Source of the DNA: Sporopachydermia quercuum
Taxonomy: Eukaryota
Assembly (NCBI GenBank): GCA_001599295.1
Contig: BCGN01000009.1
Span: forward strand, 434,001-498,000
Direction of reading: 5' to 3'
DNA: 64,000 nt
Shown here: in pieces, positions 10,839 to 24,323 of the stretch
Layout: every line of letters begins with the position of its first letter
Numbering within the stretch: the stretch's first letter is position 1
Notes under the pieces: generated by a model
Told to the model about the DNA's origin: nothing
What the model saw: the letters and a program-made list of their open reading frames with translations, nothing else
The model's database searches: none
Program-made: the position numbers and the translations under genes

Positions 10839-12203
10839 AGCAGGTTGATTCTTTTCTTATATGTTCTTACTTGTTATCGGTTGACAAACTTGGTAGTGAT
10901 ATGATAAAACCTGTACTCAGTCTATGATCCTCTTGTTGTTTGCTAGATAAGCAACTAGGGGAAGAGTGATCATATACTCCAAACAACACGCAAATCATTT
11001 ATACAATTCGTAGATAATCCTTTCCCAAAATATATCCATAAATCAGGTTTGAATGGATTGTGAAGTTGGCAATTTATGTCGATTGGCTATTGGTAGCTTG
11101 TTGGATTGCTTGATGGGGTAATGAAATATGCAGGAGTAAGTATCCTTCATGCACGGTTGGAATTGAGTTTCACTAGTGAAAGTATTTTGTTGAGGGTATA
11201 CTGAAGGTTCACGAGGGAAAGATAAGTTTATCTATTAACAATCGGGGAAAGAAATTGAGATTTTGATGTTTTCTCTAACTAGTATAATCCATGAGAAACT
11301 AGAAGCTCTTTCAAGTGTTGCGGGGAATAAATAGAAAAAGTCAAACAGAAAATAGATTATCTAGGGTTCTGGGACAAGCCGCATGCTTCCCTGTTACAAT
11401 TGAAAAACTTGATGTAGGAGTGGTATTGCTTTTGATATCCAATACTGCGAATTTCGAAAAATTTAGCCCTTTGCTAATAAACAAATATTGGTCTAATATC
11501 AACTTGAGTTATGGCGACATTTAGTAAATATCAAGTAGTTTGCACATTCTTCCTAGCCATTGAGATCTGAGCTTTATGACTTAGTGGTTCTTTGAACTTT
11601 AAGCTTCCTTACATAAATCTTGCATAGCATTGCATATCTTGGACTAAGACGTAAGAAGAAGGGATCCTTCCTAAGTATCAACTCAGCTCTCAGCTCGTTG
11701 CTATCAATTATCAGCACAAAAAATTATATATTGCTGGACAATATGTCCTTTTAATTGTTCTTGTTTCTTTTTGTATAATGGGAGTAAATATAAAGCTTAG
11801 TTTTTCCTCATGAAGCAGCTCCTTCATTTTCTGTTCTTTCCCAGCCTACTACATCTACGCAAGTTAAACTTCAGCTTTGTACACATATTCTGCATATACT
11901 GCATGATGTGAAAAATGCTTATTTGACACCACGAAATTGGAAATTGGAACCTGTTGGCGCGCGGATCAATTCGCACCTTCATTCAACTATTTTCTTTCTA
12001 AGCAACTAGACGGTGAATTGGAGATTTCTACTATTAAATCCGCTTTTCAAGCAACTAGCTAGAAAATAGTGTAAACTTCCAGTAGTTTGTACCCAGTCAC
12101 CATTTATTGATGGTTTCAGCTCCACAACTTACTTAGGTCAACACCAGGTTCATCGTTAATTCTTCTTCTCTTGTTAGTCAACTGACAATAACATTGCACC
12201 GCA

Positions 12204-13424
12204 ATGGCTAAACTGTATCAATCATCAACAACTGCCCCAGTCAATATTGCTACCTTGAAATATTGGGGCAAACGTGACAAGAAGCTGAACTTGCCAACGA
12301 ATTCCTCAATCTCCGTGACCTTGTCTCAAGAGGAACTGTGTACAACTACTACTGCATGTGCTACAGAAGACTTCACTGAAGATATTTTATGGCTTAACGG
12401 CAGCAAAGAAGAAATTGACCCAAGCAATTCTTCCGATCGATTGGTCAAATGTCTGGTTGATTTACGTGAGCTTCGCAAACAGGTCGAAGAAGCATCACCA
12501 GAATTGCCCAAACTCAGCGCAATGAGGCTTCATATAGTATCGGAGAATAATTTCCCTACTGCAGCAGGTTTAGCATCATCAGCAGCAGGATTTGCTGCTT
12601 TAGTGAGAGCTATTGCTGATCTGTTTGAATTGCCACAGTCTGCTTCTGAATTATCAAAGATTGCTAGAAAAGGTTCTGGTTCTGCTTGCAGATCGCTTTT
12701 TGGTGGTTATGTAGCATGGGAAATGGGTGAACAACCGGACGGTTCTGATTCTAAAGCTATAGAGATTTCTCCACTCGAACATTGGCCTGACATGAGAGCA
12801 GCAATTCTTGTTGTTAATGCGGCTAAAAAAGACGTGAGTTCCACTTCTGGTATGCAAACAACAGTTGCTACTTCTCCATTGTTTACCCATAGGATTGAGA
12901 AAATTGTTCCTGAAAGGTTTGCTATCATGTCTGAAGCTATTCGTCAAAAGAACTTTGAGAAATTTGCTGATCTGACAATGAAAGACTCAAATGAGTTCCA
13001 TGCTGTTTGTCTTGACTCCTACCCCCCTATTTTCTATTTAAATGATGTTTCGAGGAACATCATCCGTATCATAGAAGCAATAAATGCTTCTGCTGGTAAG
13101 ACCATTGCTGCGTACACTTTTGACGCTGGTCCAAATGCTGTTATATACTACTTGAAGGAAAANGAGCCTTTCATTCTATCCGTTCTTGCCAGAGCTCTGT
13201 ACAAAAATGGAGCTACTGATGTTGTTGGTTGGACACCAGAAGCTATTTCGACAGTAAAGGACTTCAAGTTTGCTGCTGGTGTTGAAAGTAGCTTCAACTG
13301 GAAGCTGCTAGAAGGTTTGGATGAGTCCGTGAAAAGGGTTATTCTCACTAAAGTTGGTACAGGTCCTGTGAAGATTGAGAAATCTTTGGTGAATGAAAGA
13401 GGTGAACCATTGGCTCTCTTGTAA
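12204..13424 (+). CDS. MVD1: Diphosphomevalonate decarboxylase
   Basis: APVNIATLKYWGKRD, NNFPTAAGLASSAAG, RKGSGSACRS and YTFDAGPNAV. Confidence 0.97.
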   Translation: MAKLYQSSTTAPVNIATLKYWGKRDKKLNLPTNSSISVTLSQEELCTTTTACATEDFTEDILWLNGSKEEIDPSNSSDRLVKCLVDLRELRKQVEEASPELPKLSAMRLHIVSENNFPTAAGLASSAAGFAALVRAIADLFELPQSASELSKIARKGSGSACRSLFGGYVAWEMGEQPDGSDSKAIEISPLEHWPDMRAAILVVNAAKKDVSSTSGMQTTVATSPLFTHRIEKIVPERFAIMSEAIRQKNFEKFADLTMKDSNEFHAVCLDSYPPIFYLNDVSRNIIRIIEAINASAGKTIAAYTFDAGPNAVIYYLKEXEPFILSVLARALYKNGATDVVGWTPEAISTVKDFKFAAGVESSFNWKLLEGLDESVKRVILTKVGTGPVKIEKSLVNERGEPLALL

Positions 13425-13825
13425 ATAATCAGCTAAGGATATTAAGATAAAATACAAATGCATTGTGATAGTAGTATATAAAATGTATGAGGTTGCTATG
13501 AACTCCTTTAATGATAATCAACAGGCTATAATTATATGATATCTATGCTATTATAATTATACACTATGGTATGGAAGCTATAATCATAGCATACATATTA
13601 GTTAATAACGTCTACTTTAATATTCAAATCAGTTAATATTCATTTTATTCCTTCTGAAATAGAATAAATAAAAAGAAAGTAAATAATAGAAATAATAAGA
13701 ACGATCGCTTATTGTGCACAAGAGAATAGCAGAATAGAAAATAGTAAATAGTCACAATATACAATAACTGATCGATAAGCACTATAACCACCAGTGCAAT
13801 CCAATCATCAGGCAGACCCATCACC

Positions 13826-13851
13826 CTCATCATCATCATCATCATCATCAT
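13826..13851. repeat. (CAT)n microsatellite
   Basis: About 8 consecutive CAT units between MVD1 and TUP1. Confidence 0.8.
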
Positions 13852-14466
13852 GACCACCATCACCACAGTAGTAGATTTCAAACAAAATCAGACATAAAAA
13901 GAGATATGCAAAAGTAGAAAGAACAATATGTGAATATCAAGTTATAAATGAGAAAAGAGATAGACATAGAGATTTTGATAATGTAACGATAGAAGCAGCA
14001 ACTACACTCCTGCCACCTGCCTATCTTATCGTTGAGAAGATAATCATATCAATCGTACACTAACCACAGCAAAACAAACCAATAGCATTAGCAAGTGCAA
14101 GTATACCTGTTGTTGGAATTCATTATTCATAATTCAATCGGCACTTCTTGATTGATACGAACCTGCCAAATTAAACGACCAAGATAAACGGCTGCATAAT
14201 ATGAGTAATTAGCATGAAATTGTGCTTGAAATGAGTTGTAATAAAAATTGGATACATGAAACAAATTCAAAAAATGTTGATGTCTCTGAATATCCATCTT
14301 TGGTATCAGTTGAATCACCATTCAATTAGCTCTTCCTAATCTACCAATTGTTTAGTTGCTTATAACCTTTACCTCGGCATAATGAATAATAGTTATATCA
14401 TAGATTTTGCTTTTCACTTATATTTGGTTTAGTTCAACATTGCCAAAGTAAAAAAAATATATATAT

Positions 14467-14513
14467 AATAATAATAATAATAGTAATAATAATAATAATG
14501 ATAATAATAGTAA
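14467..14513. repeat. (AAT)n microsatellite downstream of TUP1
   Basis: Imperfect TAA/AAT run of about 15 units. Confidence 0.8.
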
Positions 14514-14577
14514 TATAACTACTCATGGGTTGTCAATTTTGCTGAAAGGATATTTTCCTTTTCAAATTTTCTCACAT

Positions 14578-16869
14578 CTAACCTCTATACTTATACCATC
14601 TCCAGATTCTTGCTTTACAGTCACCGCTACCAGTAGCAAATAACCCACTTCCAGATCCCTCACTATTGGCAACAGAAACAGAAATAACGGAGTTTCTATG
14701 TCCTTGTAACATCAAAACAGGATCTCCACTCTTCTTTTCCCAGAAGATAACTCCACGGTCTTTGGAACCAGAAAGAATATATTCGTTATCAGGGGTAGCG
14801 CACACTGACAAAACAAAATCACGATGTCCTACATACGAAACCTCACAACGGCTAGGTTTGTTATTGCTGGTTTGAGTGCTCAAAGCAGTAGAATTGCCAT
14901 TTGAAGCTTTAGAGTTAGCTAAAGCACTTGACGACAATGACCATAGTTTCACAGTTCTATCTAAAGACCCTGAGCAAAGTTCAGAACCATCGGCAGTGAA
15001 AGATACACTGTAAACAGAGTCTTTATGGCCATCATCATTTTCAGATTCAGATTCCAGTCGTTCAACTAAGAACCCAGTAGAGGCGTCCCAAACTCTGACG
15101 GTTCTATCCAAACTTCCAGCAGCAACCAGCTTACCATCAGGAGAAACAGCAACAGTGGTAACACCATCTTCAATGCTTAAGGTCAATGTGCATTTACCTG
15201 TTTCCGTATCCCAAATACGAACAGTACGGTCACCCGATCCTGAAACAAGTGTTCTGCCATCAGGGAAGTAATCTAAAGAGTAAATATCTTGTTCATGTCC
15301 TTTGAGATACTTTATAATTCTTCTTTGGTCCAAATCCCAAATTCTAATAAGGTTATCTTCAGCCCCTGTGGCTAATCGTTTACCATCAGGTGAAAAACAT
15401 ACAGATCTAATATACAAGTCACCTGAAGATGAAACGTTGGAAACTTCGGAGCCTCCTCCTGGAGTGTTTGATTCATCCAATAACCTTGAAACCAATAGTC
15501 CAGATTCAACATTGAACACTTGGGTTGTTTTGTTACAACCAGTGGCTAAGAATTTACCGTCTTTACTGAATCTTACACAACAAACAACTGAGCTGTGATC
15601 TAAAGAATGAACNAGATTGACATCAATCTTTCTGGGAATAGCAGGGTTAAAAAGAATGTAATATTCAGCTGCTTGTTTTTTCAATTCTGCAGGGACGGCA
15701 GAAGCATCCAAATCTTGTAAGAAAGCAGGAATCTCCTTAACGGCAACTGGTGCCGAAGGAACTGTTGCTAGAGCGGTAGCTTGAGTAGTAGTTACCACGG
15801 CACTTGTACTGTTGGCAGCAGGTTCACTGTTGGCAGCCGTTTGTGGGGTATTGTTGGCATTGATCGTAGAAGCATCAGTGGCTGAAGTAGCTCCTGGAAC
15901 CGTTGCTTGTGACCCAGCTGGTTGGGATGGAGTTGCTGTAGGAGCTTGTGACTGTGGAGGCTGGTTCAACGGAGGAGCAGTTGGGTTTTGACCCAAAGTT
16001 TGAACAGGTGGTTGGGCTGTTGGTTGAGAAGGAGTAACGTTGGTGATAACGGGCTTGGCTTCTTGTAATTGAGGAGTTTGATGAACTGATGGCAGTTGAG
16101 GAGTTGCCAATGTCTTAGGGGAAGCTTCGGAGCCTGCTGGAATTAATGCAGGCATTGGAATTACATTGGCACCTGGTGGTTGAGGTAATGATTGGCCTGG
16201 AGTTAAAAGAGAGGACGGTTGTGGAGGGAAAAATTCTTTATTCTGTCCATAAACCTGTTGAGGTTGTTGAGGCTGTGGTTGTTGTGACTGAGACTGTTGA
16301 TCTGGTTGTGGTGGTAATAAAGGAACGGCACCAGCAGGACCAGGAATCATACCTCCGCTTAAAGCTGTTCCACCTGAACGTAAAGCAGGAGGGGATGATT
16401 GTTCAACTAATTTTTGTTGGTGGGCCTGGGCCTGAGCTTGAGCCTGTGCTTGGGCCTGGGCCCTTTCTCTATCTCTGGCTTCTAATTCAGATTTCAGACG
16501 ATGGATTTCCCCTTCGTAGTGTTCTTTGATTTTTCTGTGAGCCATTTCTAATTCATAGACAGTTTGTCTGATTTGTTGCATTTCGGCATTCTGTTGATTG
16601 AACTTATGGTCAAATTCATCTTTGTGCATTCTGAAAACAGATGCTTCTGAAGTAACAGAATCAAATTCGCTTTTAATTGCATCTAGAAGTTCCACAATTC
16701 TACTTTGACTCGATGCAGTTGAAGGATTTGTATTGTTTTGTTGTTGTATACTATTATTTGGACCCCCTGTTTGTTGTCCTGAAGCAGTGGTAGTTCCACC
16801 TGATCCTGGAGCAGCTCCAGCGGGTGTACTGGTAGCATTTGGGTGAATCACTTGTCGTTGATAGCTCAT
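14578..16869 (-). CDS. TUP1: General transcriptional corepressor Tup1 (Tup_N coiled coil, Q/P/A-rich linker, WD40 propeller)
   Basis: [59 protein letters not shown] and [12 protein letters not shown]. Contains a (QA)n tract. Confidence 0.97.
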   Translation of the reverse strand: MSYQRQVIHPNATSTPAGAAPGSGGTTTASGQQTGGPNNSIQQQNNTNPSTASSQSRIVELLDAIKSEFDSVTSEASVFRMHKDEFDHKFNQQNAEMQQIRQTVYELEMAHRKIKEHYEGEIHRLKSELEARDRERAQAQAQAQAQAQAHQQKLVEQSSPPALRSGGTALSGGMIPGPAGAVPLLPPQPDQQSQSQQPQPQQPQQVYGQNKEFFPPQPSSLLTPGQSLPQPPGANVIPMPALIPAGSEASPKTLATPQLPSVHQTPQLQEAKPVITNVTPSQPTAQPPVQTLGQNPTAPPLNQPPQSQAPTATPSQPAGSQATVPGATSATDASTINANNTPQTAANSEPAANSTSAVVTTTQATALATVPSAPVAVKEIPAFLQDLDASAVPAELKKQAAEYYILFNPAIPRKIDVNXVHSLDHSSVVCCVRFSKDGKFLATGCNKTTQVFNVESGLLVSRLLDESNTPGGGSEVSNVSSSGDLYIRSVCFSPDGKRLATGAEDNLIRIWDLDQRRIIKYLKGHEQDIYSLDYFPDGRTLVSGSGDRTVRIWDTETGKCTLTLSIEDGVTTVAVSPDGKLVAAGSLDRTVRVWDASTGFLVERLESESENDDGHKDSVYSVSFTADGSELCSGSLDRTVKLWSLSSSALANSKASNGNSTALSTQTSNNKPSRCEVSYVGHRDFVLSVCATPDNEYILSGSKDRGVIFWEKKSGDPVLMLQGHRNSVISVSVANSEGSGSGLFATGSGDCKARIWRWYKYRG

Positions 16870-19274
16870 CTTTGCTTCTGGTTTCGCTTAATAAAGATAT
16901 AATACACGATACAATTAAAAAATAAAATAAACGGTGAGTTTATCTTCTATTCTGTTCCAATCAACACAATTCACTCACAGTTGTACAATTCACTCAGCCA
17001 AGTAGTCAATTTGCAATATTCAGTCAAAGTTGCAATGAGTAATATATCGACCAATCCGTCTTNGAAAAAATTTGTGATAATGATTATGAATCCTTTTTTC
17101 GTCAATCTATCGGAATTCGAATTTAACCGATACGAACAAAAAAGTAGCTAAATCAATTGAACAATGTTTACCTTGATTAGTCCTTTCGATTTCCAAAAAG
17201 ATAAGCAAATTCTGCGTAGTATTTGCTTTCCACTGTTGTTTGTTGAATTCTCCTAACAAATCACTGTATCAGCAAGCTGTTACTTGTTTCTTCTATCAAT
17301 TCGATCAAGCGCAGTAGTCCTATTGTACCTTCTTGCTGGGTAAGGAAAACAACGTAAAAAATATACAATAATACAAGGGAAAAACCCAGTCTCGAAGAAA
17401 AAGTGAGAATTGTTATTAATTCAATTGCAAATGTATTGATTGCTTAAATATATTCTCATGATGGGCTGTTGTTATTCTCCAATCGTTCATCACGTATACT
17501 GGTAAAGTGAAAAGAACAGCGGGCGCGGAAGGAAGGGAAAATAGGAAAGTCACAATATCATATTGTTTGTACACAATTGTGCCTGTCTGTATGTCCGTTT
17601 TTAGAGATAAATTGGTGTTATGTCAGGGAATTTAGGTGTCATACATGGTTGATGAGACAATCCATGGTGGGTATATGGTAGATCGGTTGCAAGTGGGAAG
17701 CAAAGGAATGATGAGATGGTTGAAAAGCTATTAGATGTATATATTCAGAAATAGAATTAAACATTATTATTCAATTTGGTGAGGAGCGCTTGGTGGGAAT
17801 ATATTGATAATCTTTAGGTAAGTAAATAAACGTAACGCTGAATAATATAGTGTAGTGCATTGTTGACCGTGATTGGAGTAAGATCTGATTCAATTCATCA
17901 TAATGTCAGGCTCAGCTGTCAAAATATGTCTTTACAACTCAGACACAACTCTCATATTTAAGAGAAAAGATCATCGAGCTATTGAGAACAGGAGTGAGAA
18001 AGGATAAGGGATGGGTGGAATATTTCGGTCCTTCAAATATTGTTTCAGAGTTTACGATTGAACAATTTTGAAGCTTTGCTTGTAATTGCAATAGAGACAT
18101 TGACTATGGTTCAATGAGGACCTCTGGGTTTGAGTTGAGCAAGATTTCGGAATACCACTCATCCAACACGAAAGGATTTCGTCGATTAATATCATCTTCT
18201 GATTATAGTGTAGTAACCTTTATTCCTATATAATAACCAATATATTGCATTATCCATCAATATCTCATACTGTTAGCTTATTCTCAACATGAAGGGTTGC
18301 TCCAGATCACTTTAACGTTGTTCTGACAAAGAGATATCTTACTAGCTCACGATAACCGAACCTTCTCGACCGCCATGTTAGTGATCAGTACCATTGGTCT
18401 TCACAGCTTGCCTAATGTCTCATTTACCGCATTTCTATCACTACAATTAAATCAGATAAACTCAATAATATATCCGTATCCCTCTCCCTGTAAGCATTTT
18501 TATATAATCAAATCTCATAATCTCCCAATTGCTCTCAATTCCTTCAATCATCATAACAATATTTGTCATGACATTCGTTTATTTGTCCTTCGCTATGTCT
18601 GCCACTTTTTTCATCTTAGCCGGTTTTGTCAATGAAGTGAAAATGAGTTAAAGTTGGTTCCTTGTTATTCATTGCCGATTTNGAAAATAAGCTTCGTCAA
18701 TTCATAAGTTAGAGAAGTTACCTCCAGACACCCATTATATGTCTACTAATCAATTTAAACACGAGAAATTTCAAACCTTATTTGATCTCAAGCCGATTCA
18801 GGGACCTCTTTGTTTAAAGTTTGAACCGTTTAATAGTGAGTAGTTCCTCATAAGGGACGGGTTCCAATTGGTTTATGATTATGTAATGATATACTGATCA
18901 CTATCATGAACTCAAGTTGAGACGTGATAGTTTGTTTACATTGATTGACTTAGAGGGATCAATAAACAAAAGGGCCAACCTTTGGGTGTCAATGATCAGT
19001 CAGTACAAAAGACAATTGTGATGAAACGGCTAGGNTTACCTGTAGCCTGATAACTCTGTTATTTTTATAAGCTCTCATATATCTGTTAACAACTTTGATG
19101 TTGGGAGATCTCCGCGTACCTTACAGGCAAGAAGTATCAAAGAAAGTAACAGTCAGGTTGAAGATTGAGAGGCTGATCATCCATTCCCCCCTAGATCTCT
19201 TGTATTATCAACAGGTGATATCTGAGAAGCTCAAGGTTCAACGGTTCCTAGACTGCTTCAGTGTATCATAATAA

Positions 19275-20764
19275 ATGTCGGCAGTTAGAAGGTCGCGTAG
19301 AGCGACAGCACAACCTGTGGATTACAAGGATATGACACCTAGAATGGTTGGTATGTAATTTTTCCCTACTTTGTTTAGTTATTATTTAACATCTAACAGC
19401 TTCAATTAAATAGGTGATCCAAATGAAGTTCCTGAACCACGGAAAAAAGTTCGGAAAACTAAGAAAGATGGTAAGTAGCGTATCCTCTTTTTTATTCCTC
19501 TATCTCGAGATCTTTTCATTATTTTCACTATAAAGTTCTAACACGGTAATCAGATACTTCAAAAGCAAACACAACAAAAGAGACAAAAGCACCGGAGACA
19601 AAATCACCAGCTAATCCATCAATTGGACTTTCCAATATAGTAGAGAAGAAAGGAGAAAGGATAACGAAAGAAATGTTGAAGTTTGCTGGTTTGGGTGATT
19701 CGTCTACTTTGATTGACTCGAAAACAGTGGGTTCTCCTAAAACAGTTACATCAAACGCTACTGCTAATACGGCTACTTCAAAAGCCAAAACTGATCGAAA
19801 ACCATCTTCCACTTCCCCTAAACGAACAACTAAAAGTGTAGCTAGTACCTCAAAGTCTGTCTCTAATGCAACGGACAGCGAAGTACCACCAATCAATGGC
19901 TATGATGAAAGTATTCAACAGTTCCAAATTGCTCTAGAAACAAACAATTGGCAAAATGTATGTTATTCGAATTCCTTCAAGTTCTCTGTTTTCAATTACA
20001 CTCCATTATTGTTAACTCAGCGCCCCTACATACTAACACTGTAATAGATAATAAAAGTTGACGTTCCTGACTTACTAAGGATTATCAAAGAAACCAAAGC
20101 GGAGGAAATTTTCAACCAATACAAAGCAACAGCAGAAAAGAAAAATAAGACATCAGAAGAGTTGATTAAGGAACTTAAGAAGAAGGTAGATATACTAGAA
20201 AAGAATGATATTTCAACGGAAACAGCAAAATCTGCTAAACAAATAGAAGAACTTGCAGTAAAAGTAAAATCATTAGAAGATGAAAAGAAGTCTTTGAAGC
20301 AATCTTTAGATGCATCAAAGAAGACTATTAAAACCTTGGAAGAACAAATAATAAGATCAAAGGACGACAAAAAATCTACACCTGAGGCTTCTCAATCTAG
20401 ACGCACATCTCTCGCTAAATCAGCAAATGTTGGATTACATTTATTGAAAGAAGACTTCTATTCACAAGTATGCGGGTTAGATATTAACCGAGTGCAATGC
20501 GAGGACAATGAGATTGTATTCGACTGTGTTCAGANAGGTCCTCTCGGAACAGTCGAATATAGACTGTTCATTCCTCAAGTTGATGAAGAAGAGGAAACAA
20601 GTGCTGTCGAGTCAGAAATTACTTATAGCCCTCAAGTTGATTTGACCAATCAACCAGAGTTGGAGAAAGTTTTACCCGACTATTTTTTAGAATCTTTATC
20701 ATTTTCACCTGATTCTATTATGCAATTCTATTTAAAACTTGCTAGAATTCTGCAAAAGCCGTGA
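19275..20764 (+). CDS. CSM1: Monopolin subunit Csm1/Pcs1, 4 exons, 417 aa
   Basis: Exons 19275-19350, 19414-19470, 19554-19957 and 20048-20764, with GTATGT/GTAAGT donors and CTAAC branch points, splice into one open frame. The C-terminal KEDFYSQVCGL..FDCVQ.G..LPDYFLESLSF..QFY.KL matches the Csm1 domain. It lies next to TUP1, as in S. cerevisiae. Confidence 0.85.
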
Positions 20765-20954
20765 ACAATTTCTGTTCAGTCATTTGCAGTATTATTGATA
20801 TGTACTATACTATATTATTATGGCTCTAAAATACTATAATTTGTCAATCGTTACTGTATTTTCTTTTTATTTCATGATATAAAAAGACTGTCCTCTCACT
20901 AAGACATAATTAGTATGAGAGTCTGTAAATGCATGATTTAATCATTATAGTCGT

Positions 20955-21665
20955 TTATTTATCTAACTTGACAATGATGTTTCCATCAGATCCTTTCACA
21001 AGTTCAATTCTTTTCAACAGGTCTTTCTTATTACTGTAGAACTGGGCATTATGGTTATCCTTGGTGATTGTCTTGATAATTTTGTAAATGGAAACAGGTC
21101 TTTCCGAGATCAGACTCGAAAGAGGATTGGATGGTTCTTCATTGTTAATTTTCTTTGTTTCCTTCTTTTTCTTCTTGTCTTTCTTTTCTTTTTTGTCTTT
21201 CTGTTCTGACTTCTCGGATTTTCTGTCTGNTTCGGACCTCTCTTCACGGTCTACAGATTTAACTGGTTCTCGTTGTTGCTGTCCCTGTTGTTGTTGATTT
21301 TGCTTGTTGTTTCCCTTTTTCTTGCCCTTGTATAAATTTTTTTGATACTTTTCGTCTTCGGAGATGCATTGGGTATGTTGCTTATAATCATTACCTTGGA
21401 AAGTGGTAGAACAGTCTAAGCATGTATACACTGCATGACATCTAGCGCGATGAGCATCTGTCTTTTTTTTAGTGATTGTCTCAGCACAAGTCTATTGATA
21501 TGTTAATTTGCAGTCACAATTTCTTTGGTGAACATTATGTAAGAAATCATATTGTACAGTATGAATTTCTTGATCCTGCCTTTAAATCTACATTCATTCA
21601 TGGATCATCATCATGGCATCGTCTCGCACATGATAGGTACATACCTCACAGAAAAAGCTGACCAT
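20955..21665 (-). CDS. LYAR-type C2HC zinc-finger protein (YCR087C-A / UPF0743-like), 2 exons, 185 aa
   Basis: Exon 21665-21645 (MVSFFCE), intron 21644-21492 (GTATGT..ATTAAC..TAG), exon 21491-20955 (TCAETITKKKTDAHRARC..YTCLDCS..HTQCISEDEKYQ). Lys-rich tail. Confidence 0.9.
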
Positions 21666-22867
21666 ATTTGATACGATTAACTAGCTAGCTTTGTTAAGTA
21701 ATCGGTTTTATTGGGAAAACAGATATAACAACAGTTAAAGAGATAAACAGCTATCTCCTATGTCTTATTCTCCTATGCCACTGACCTATTCATTCATCTT
21801 ATTCTCATAGAAATGAAAATTTTCTTTCATGATAAGCAGACTATTAAGGAGATAGCCGTTAATATCTGTTTTGAGACAGTTCATGATGAGATGTGCTCTC
21901 TGAATCTGTTTTGGGACGGACCTTGTCAGTGATTCTCACACAGTTGGTTCCACAGACAAACCACATCTTTTAACGTCTTTCGAACACACAGTTTTGGGTT
22001 TTTTATGAAGAAGTTTTATAATAGTTATTTGACTACTTTAGTGCTTATGATCTGAAACAGCTTATTTTGATGCCTTAGTTGAGCCTGCTATGCTATTAGT
22101 TCTTCCGACCCACCCCCCTTAGACGTTTGGAGTTCAGTATTACATACATATCGATGCATATTTCACGCAGAGAAGGTATGAACTTAATGCAAAACCCTTT
22201 CTTTCAATCTCATTCCTACCCTAAAACGGCTAGTCGTTGTTAAGAGCCTGTCAAACATCTACAAAGTGAATGCCTTTACCACTGTTCCTATTCCCATGAA
22301 GTTTCTTTACCCGGTTTACTCCCTAGTCCTGTCTCATATGCTTTTTTATAAAACATTCACTCTTCTCAAGTCTGTCAAAGAGTAACTTCAATCACTCAAA
22401 GAATAAATAAGGTTTAACCTTCGACAACATCCGAGGAAGGTCTTCTTATCGTCATAGTAACAGAAATTCAACTCAACGAGTTTAGATTCATATTTATCAT
22501 CATCTCATCTTGCCTTGTGTAAACGGTCGAGAATTATGTCAAATTTTGATTGAATATTAAATTGAGTAAACCTTTTTCTAGAAAGTAAACCTTACTACAT
22601 TTAATGCAAATTACCTCATCATACGCATAGCACCCATAAGGCAGAAACCACATGACAAGGACGAATCAATCAATCCATCTATCAATCCATCAAACCACGA
22701 AGAGTCAGTCAAGTTTGCAAGCTTAACAACTACTATCCTTCTTGTTGTAACCTCAAGTATTCACTTCCTAATAAACAGTAAACATCTTAATTCTTTCTCT
22801 CCTCTTCTTCTGTAGTGAAAAATCGCTCGAACTCAATTGTATGAGTTTTGGTGAGTCTGAAACTTTA

Positions 22868-22874
22868 TTACTAA
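22868..22874 (+). promoter_or_regulatory. Candidate Yap1-type site TTACTAA upstream of the enoyl reductase
   Basis: Exact TTACTAA about 340 bp upstream of the ATG, with TATAAATA at 23015. It is a short motif in AT-rich DNA and could be chance. Confidence 0.3.
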
Positions 22875-23204
22875 GATTATTAAGGAAAAAGCTTATTTAT
22901 ATAGAACTTCCTAGTAAAGTTGTTTAATAAGATCTCATTATTACCAAATAGCCATTGAATCAGCGCCACATTATTTGTTCTTATTATCATGAATTATAAT
23001 AAGGGTGNAAAGGGTATAAATAATGAGAAGAAGTACCCTCAGTTTACTTCATGAATTTCTTATATGCTTAATCGTAGAAAAGAAAATCGATGATTGATTT
23101 AGAGATTTATTGATTGATTAAACTAATAAGTGTTTCATGTTACTAGTTTAAGAAACTCTAAGTATTTAACAACTGTAAGAAAACTATCAGAAATTGTATC
23201 AAAA

Positions 23205-24323
23205 ATGNCAATTCCTACTACTCAGAAAGCCGCTGCTATCACGCTAAATGATCCTAAAGATAAGCTTGATATTGTCACCAAGCCTGTTCGTAAGCCTGGC
23301 AAGGGAGAACTTTTAGTGAAGGTCAAAGCTGCCGGTGTTAATCCAACTGATTGGAAGCATATTGATTATACCATGGGACCAAGAGGGGCTACTTCAGGAT
23401 GCGATTTCGCTGGTGATGTTGTCGAAGTAGGTGAAGGTGTTGAACGGTTTTCTGTTGGAGATAATGTGTTTGGATTTGTCCATGGTTCTGCAGTTGCTGA
23501 TCCTGATAATGGCACGTTTGCTGAATACACCATTGCGAAGGAATTCAGCACAATCAAGATCGATGCTGGTTTGAAAAATGCTGATTCAGACGCCATCCCA
23601 TCTGGACCGGTGACTACGTACGAAGGTGCTGCATCACTCGGTGTTGCCATTGGAACTACCTTGTTGTCTATTTATACTGCCTTCGGTGCTAAGTCACTAG
23701 AAAAGGTCAAAACACCTACCACTGTTCTCATTTGGGGTGGTGCTACTTCAGTAGGTCAAATTGCTACTCAAGTTTTCAAGAAGATTTTGGGAGTGAATGT
23801 CATTGTTGTTGCTTCTAAGAAGAATGAAGAACTTTTGAAGAGGCATGGTGCTGACATTGTCATTGATTACCATGATTCTGACGTTGTAGAGCAAGTTAAA
23901 GCTCACAATGATAAATTCAAGTACGTTTTTGATACCGTTGCTTCTACGGAAGTAATTCAGAGTATCAATGATGCCGTCTCGGATAAGTTCCCAGTTCATG
24001 TGGACAGTTTACTTCCTGCTCTAAAAGAAATCAAGAACAAGAAGACTAATATCGTCAATTTCCACACATTGTTATATCTTGCTCTTGGAAAAGCCGTTTC
24101 CTTTGCTAACGGTTTAGCTATCCCTGCTTCACCTATATCTAATGAAGCAGTTGTCACCTTAACTCCTCAAGTAGCCAAGTATTTCAACGATAAGACTATT
24201 GAACATATTCCAATCAAGGTATATGATTCTCATCATCTTGAGAGCAATAAGGTGTTTATTGAGACTTTTGATTTGTTGAGATCCAACAAGATCAGCTCCG
24301 AAAAACTTGTAATCAAGATCTAA
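23205..24323 (+). CDS. MDR-superfamily NADPH enoyl reductase-like oxidoreductase (YNL134C/YLR460C/YCR102C family), 372 aa
   Basis: VKVKAAGVNPTDWKH, GCDFAGDVVEVG, GTFAEY, LIWGGATSVGQ and SSEKLV. ATG at 23205 is in an AAAA context. Confidence 0.9.
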   Translation: MXIPTTQKAAAITLNDPKDKLDIVTKPVRKPGKGELLVKVKAAGVNPTDWKHIDYTMGPRGATSGCDFAGDVVEVGEGVERFSVGDNVFGFVHGSAVADPDNGTFAEYTIAKEFSTIKIDAGLKNADSDAIPSGPVTTYEGAASLGVAIGTTLLSIYTAFGAKSLEKVKTPTTVLIWGGATSVGQIATQVFKKILGVNVIVVASKKNEELLKRHGADIVIDYHDSDVVEQVKAHNDKFKYVFDTVASTEVIQSINDAVSDKFPVHVDSLLPALKEIKNKKTNIVNFHTLLYLALGKAVSFANGLAIPASPISNEAVVTLTPQVAKYFNDKTIEHIPIKVYDSHHLESNKVFIETFDLLRSNKISSEKLVIKI

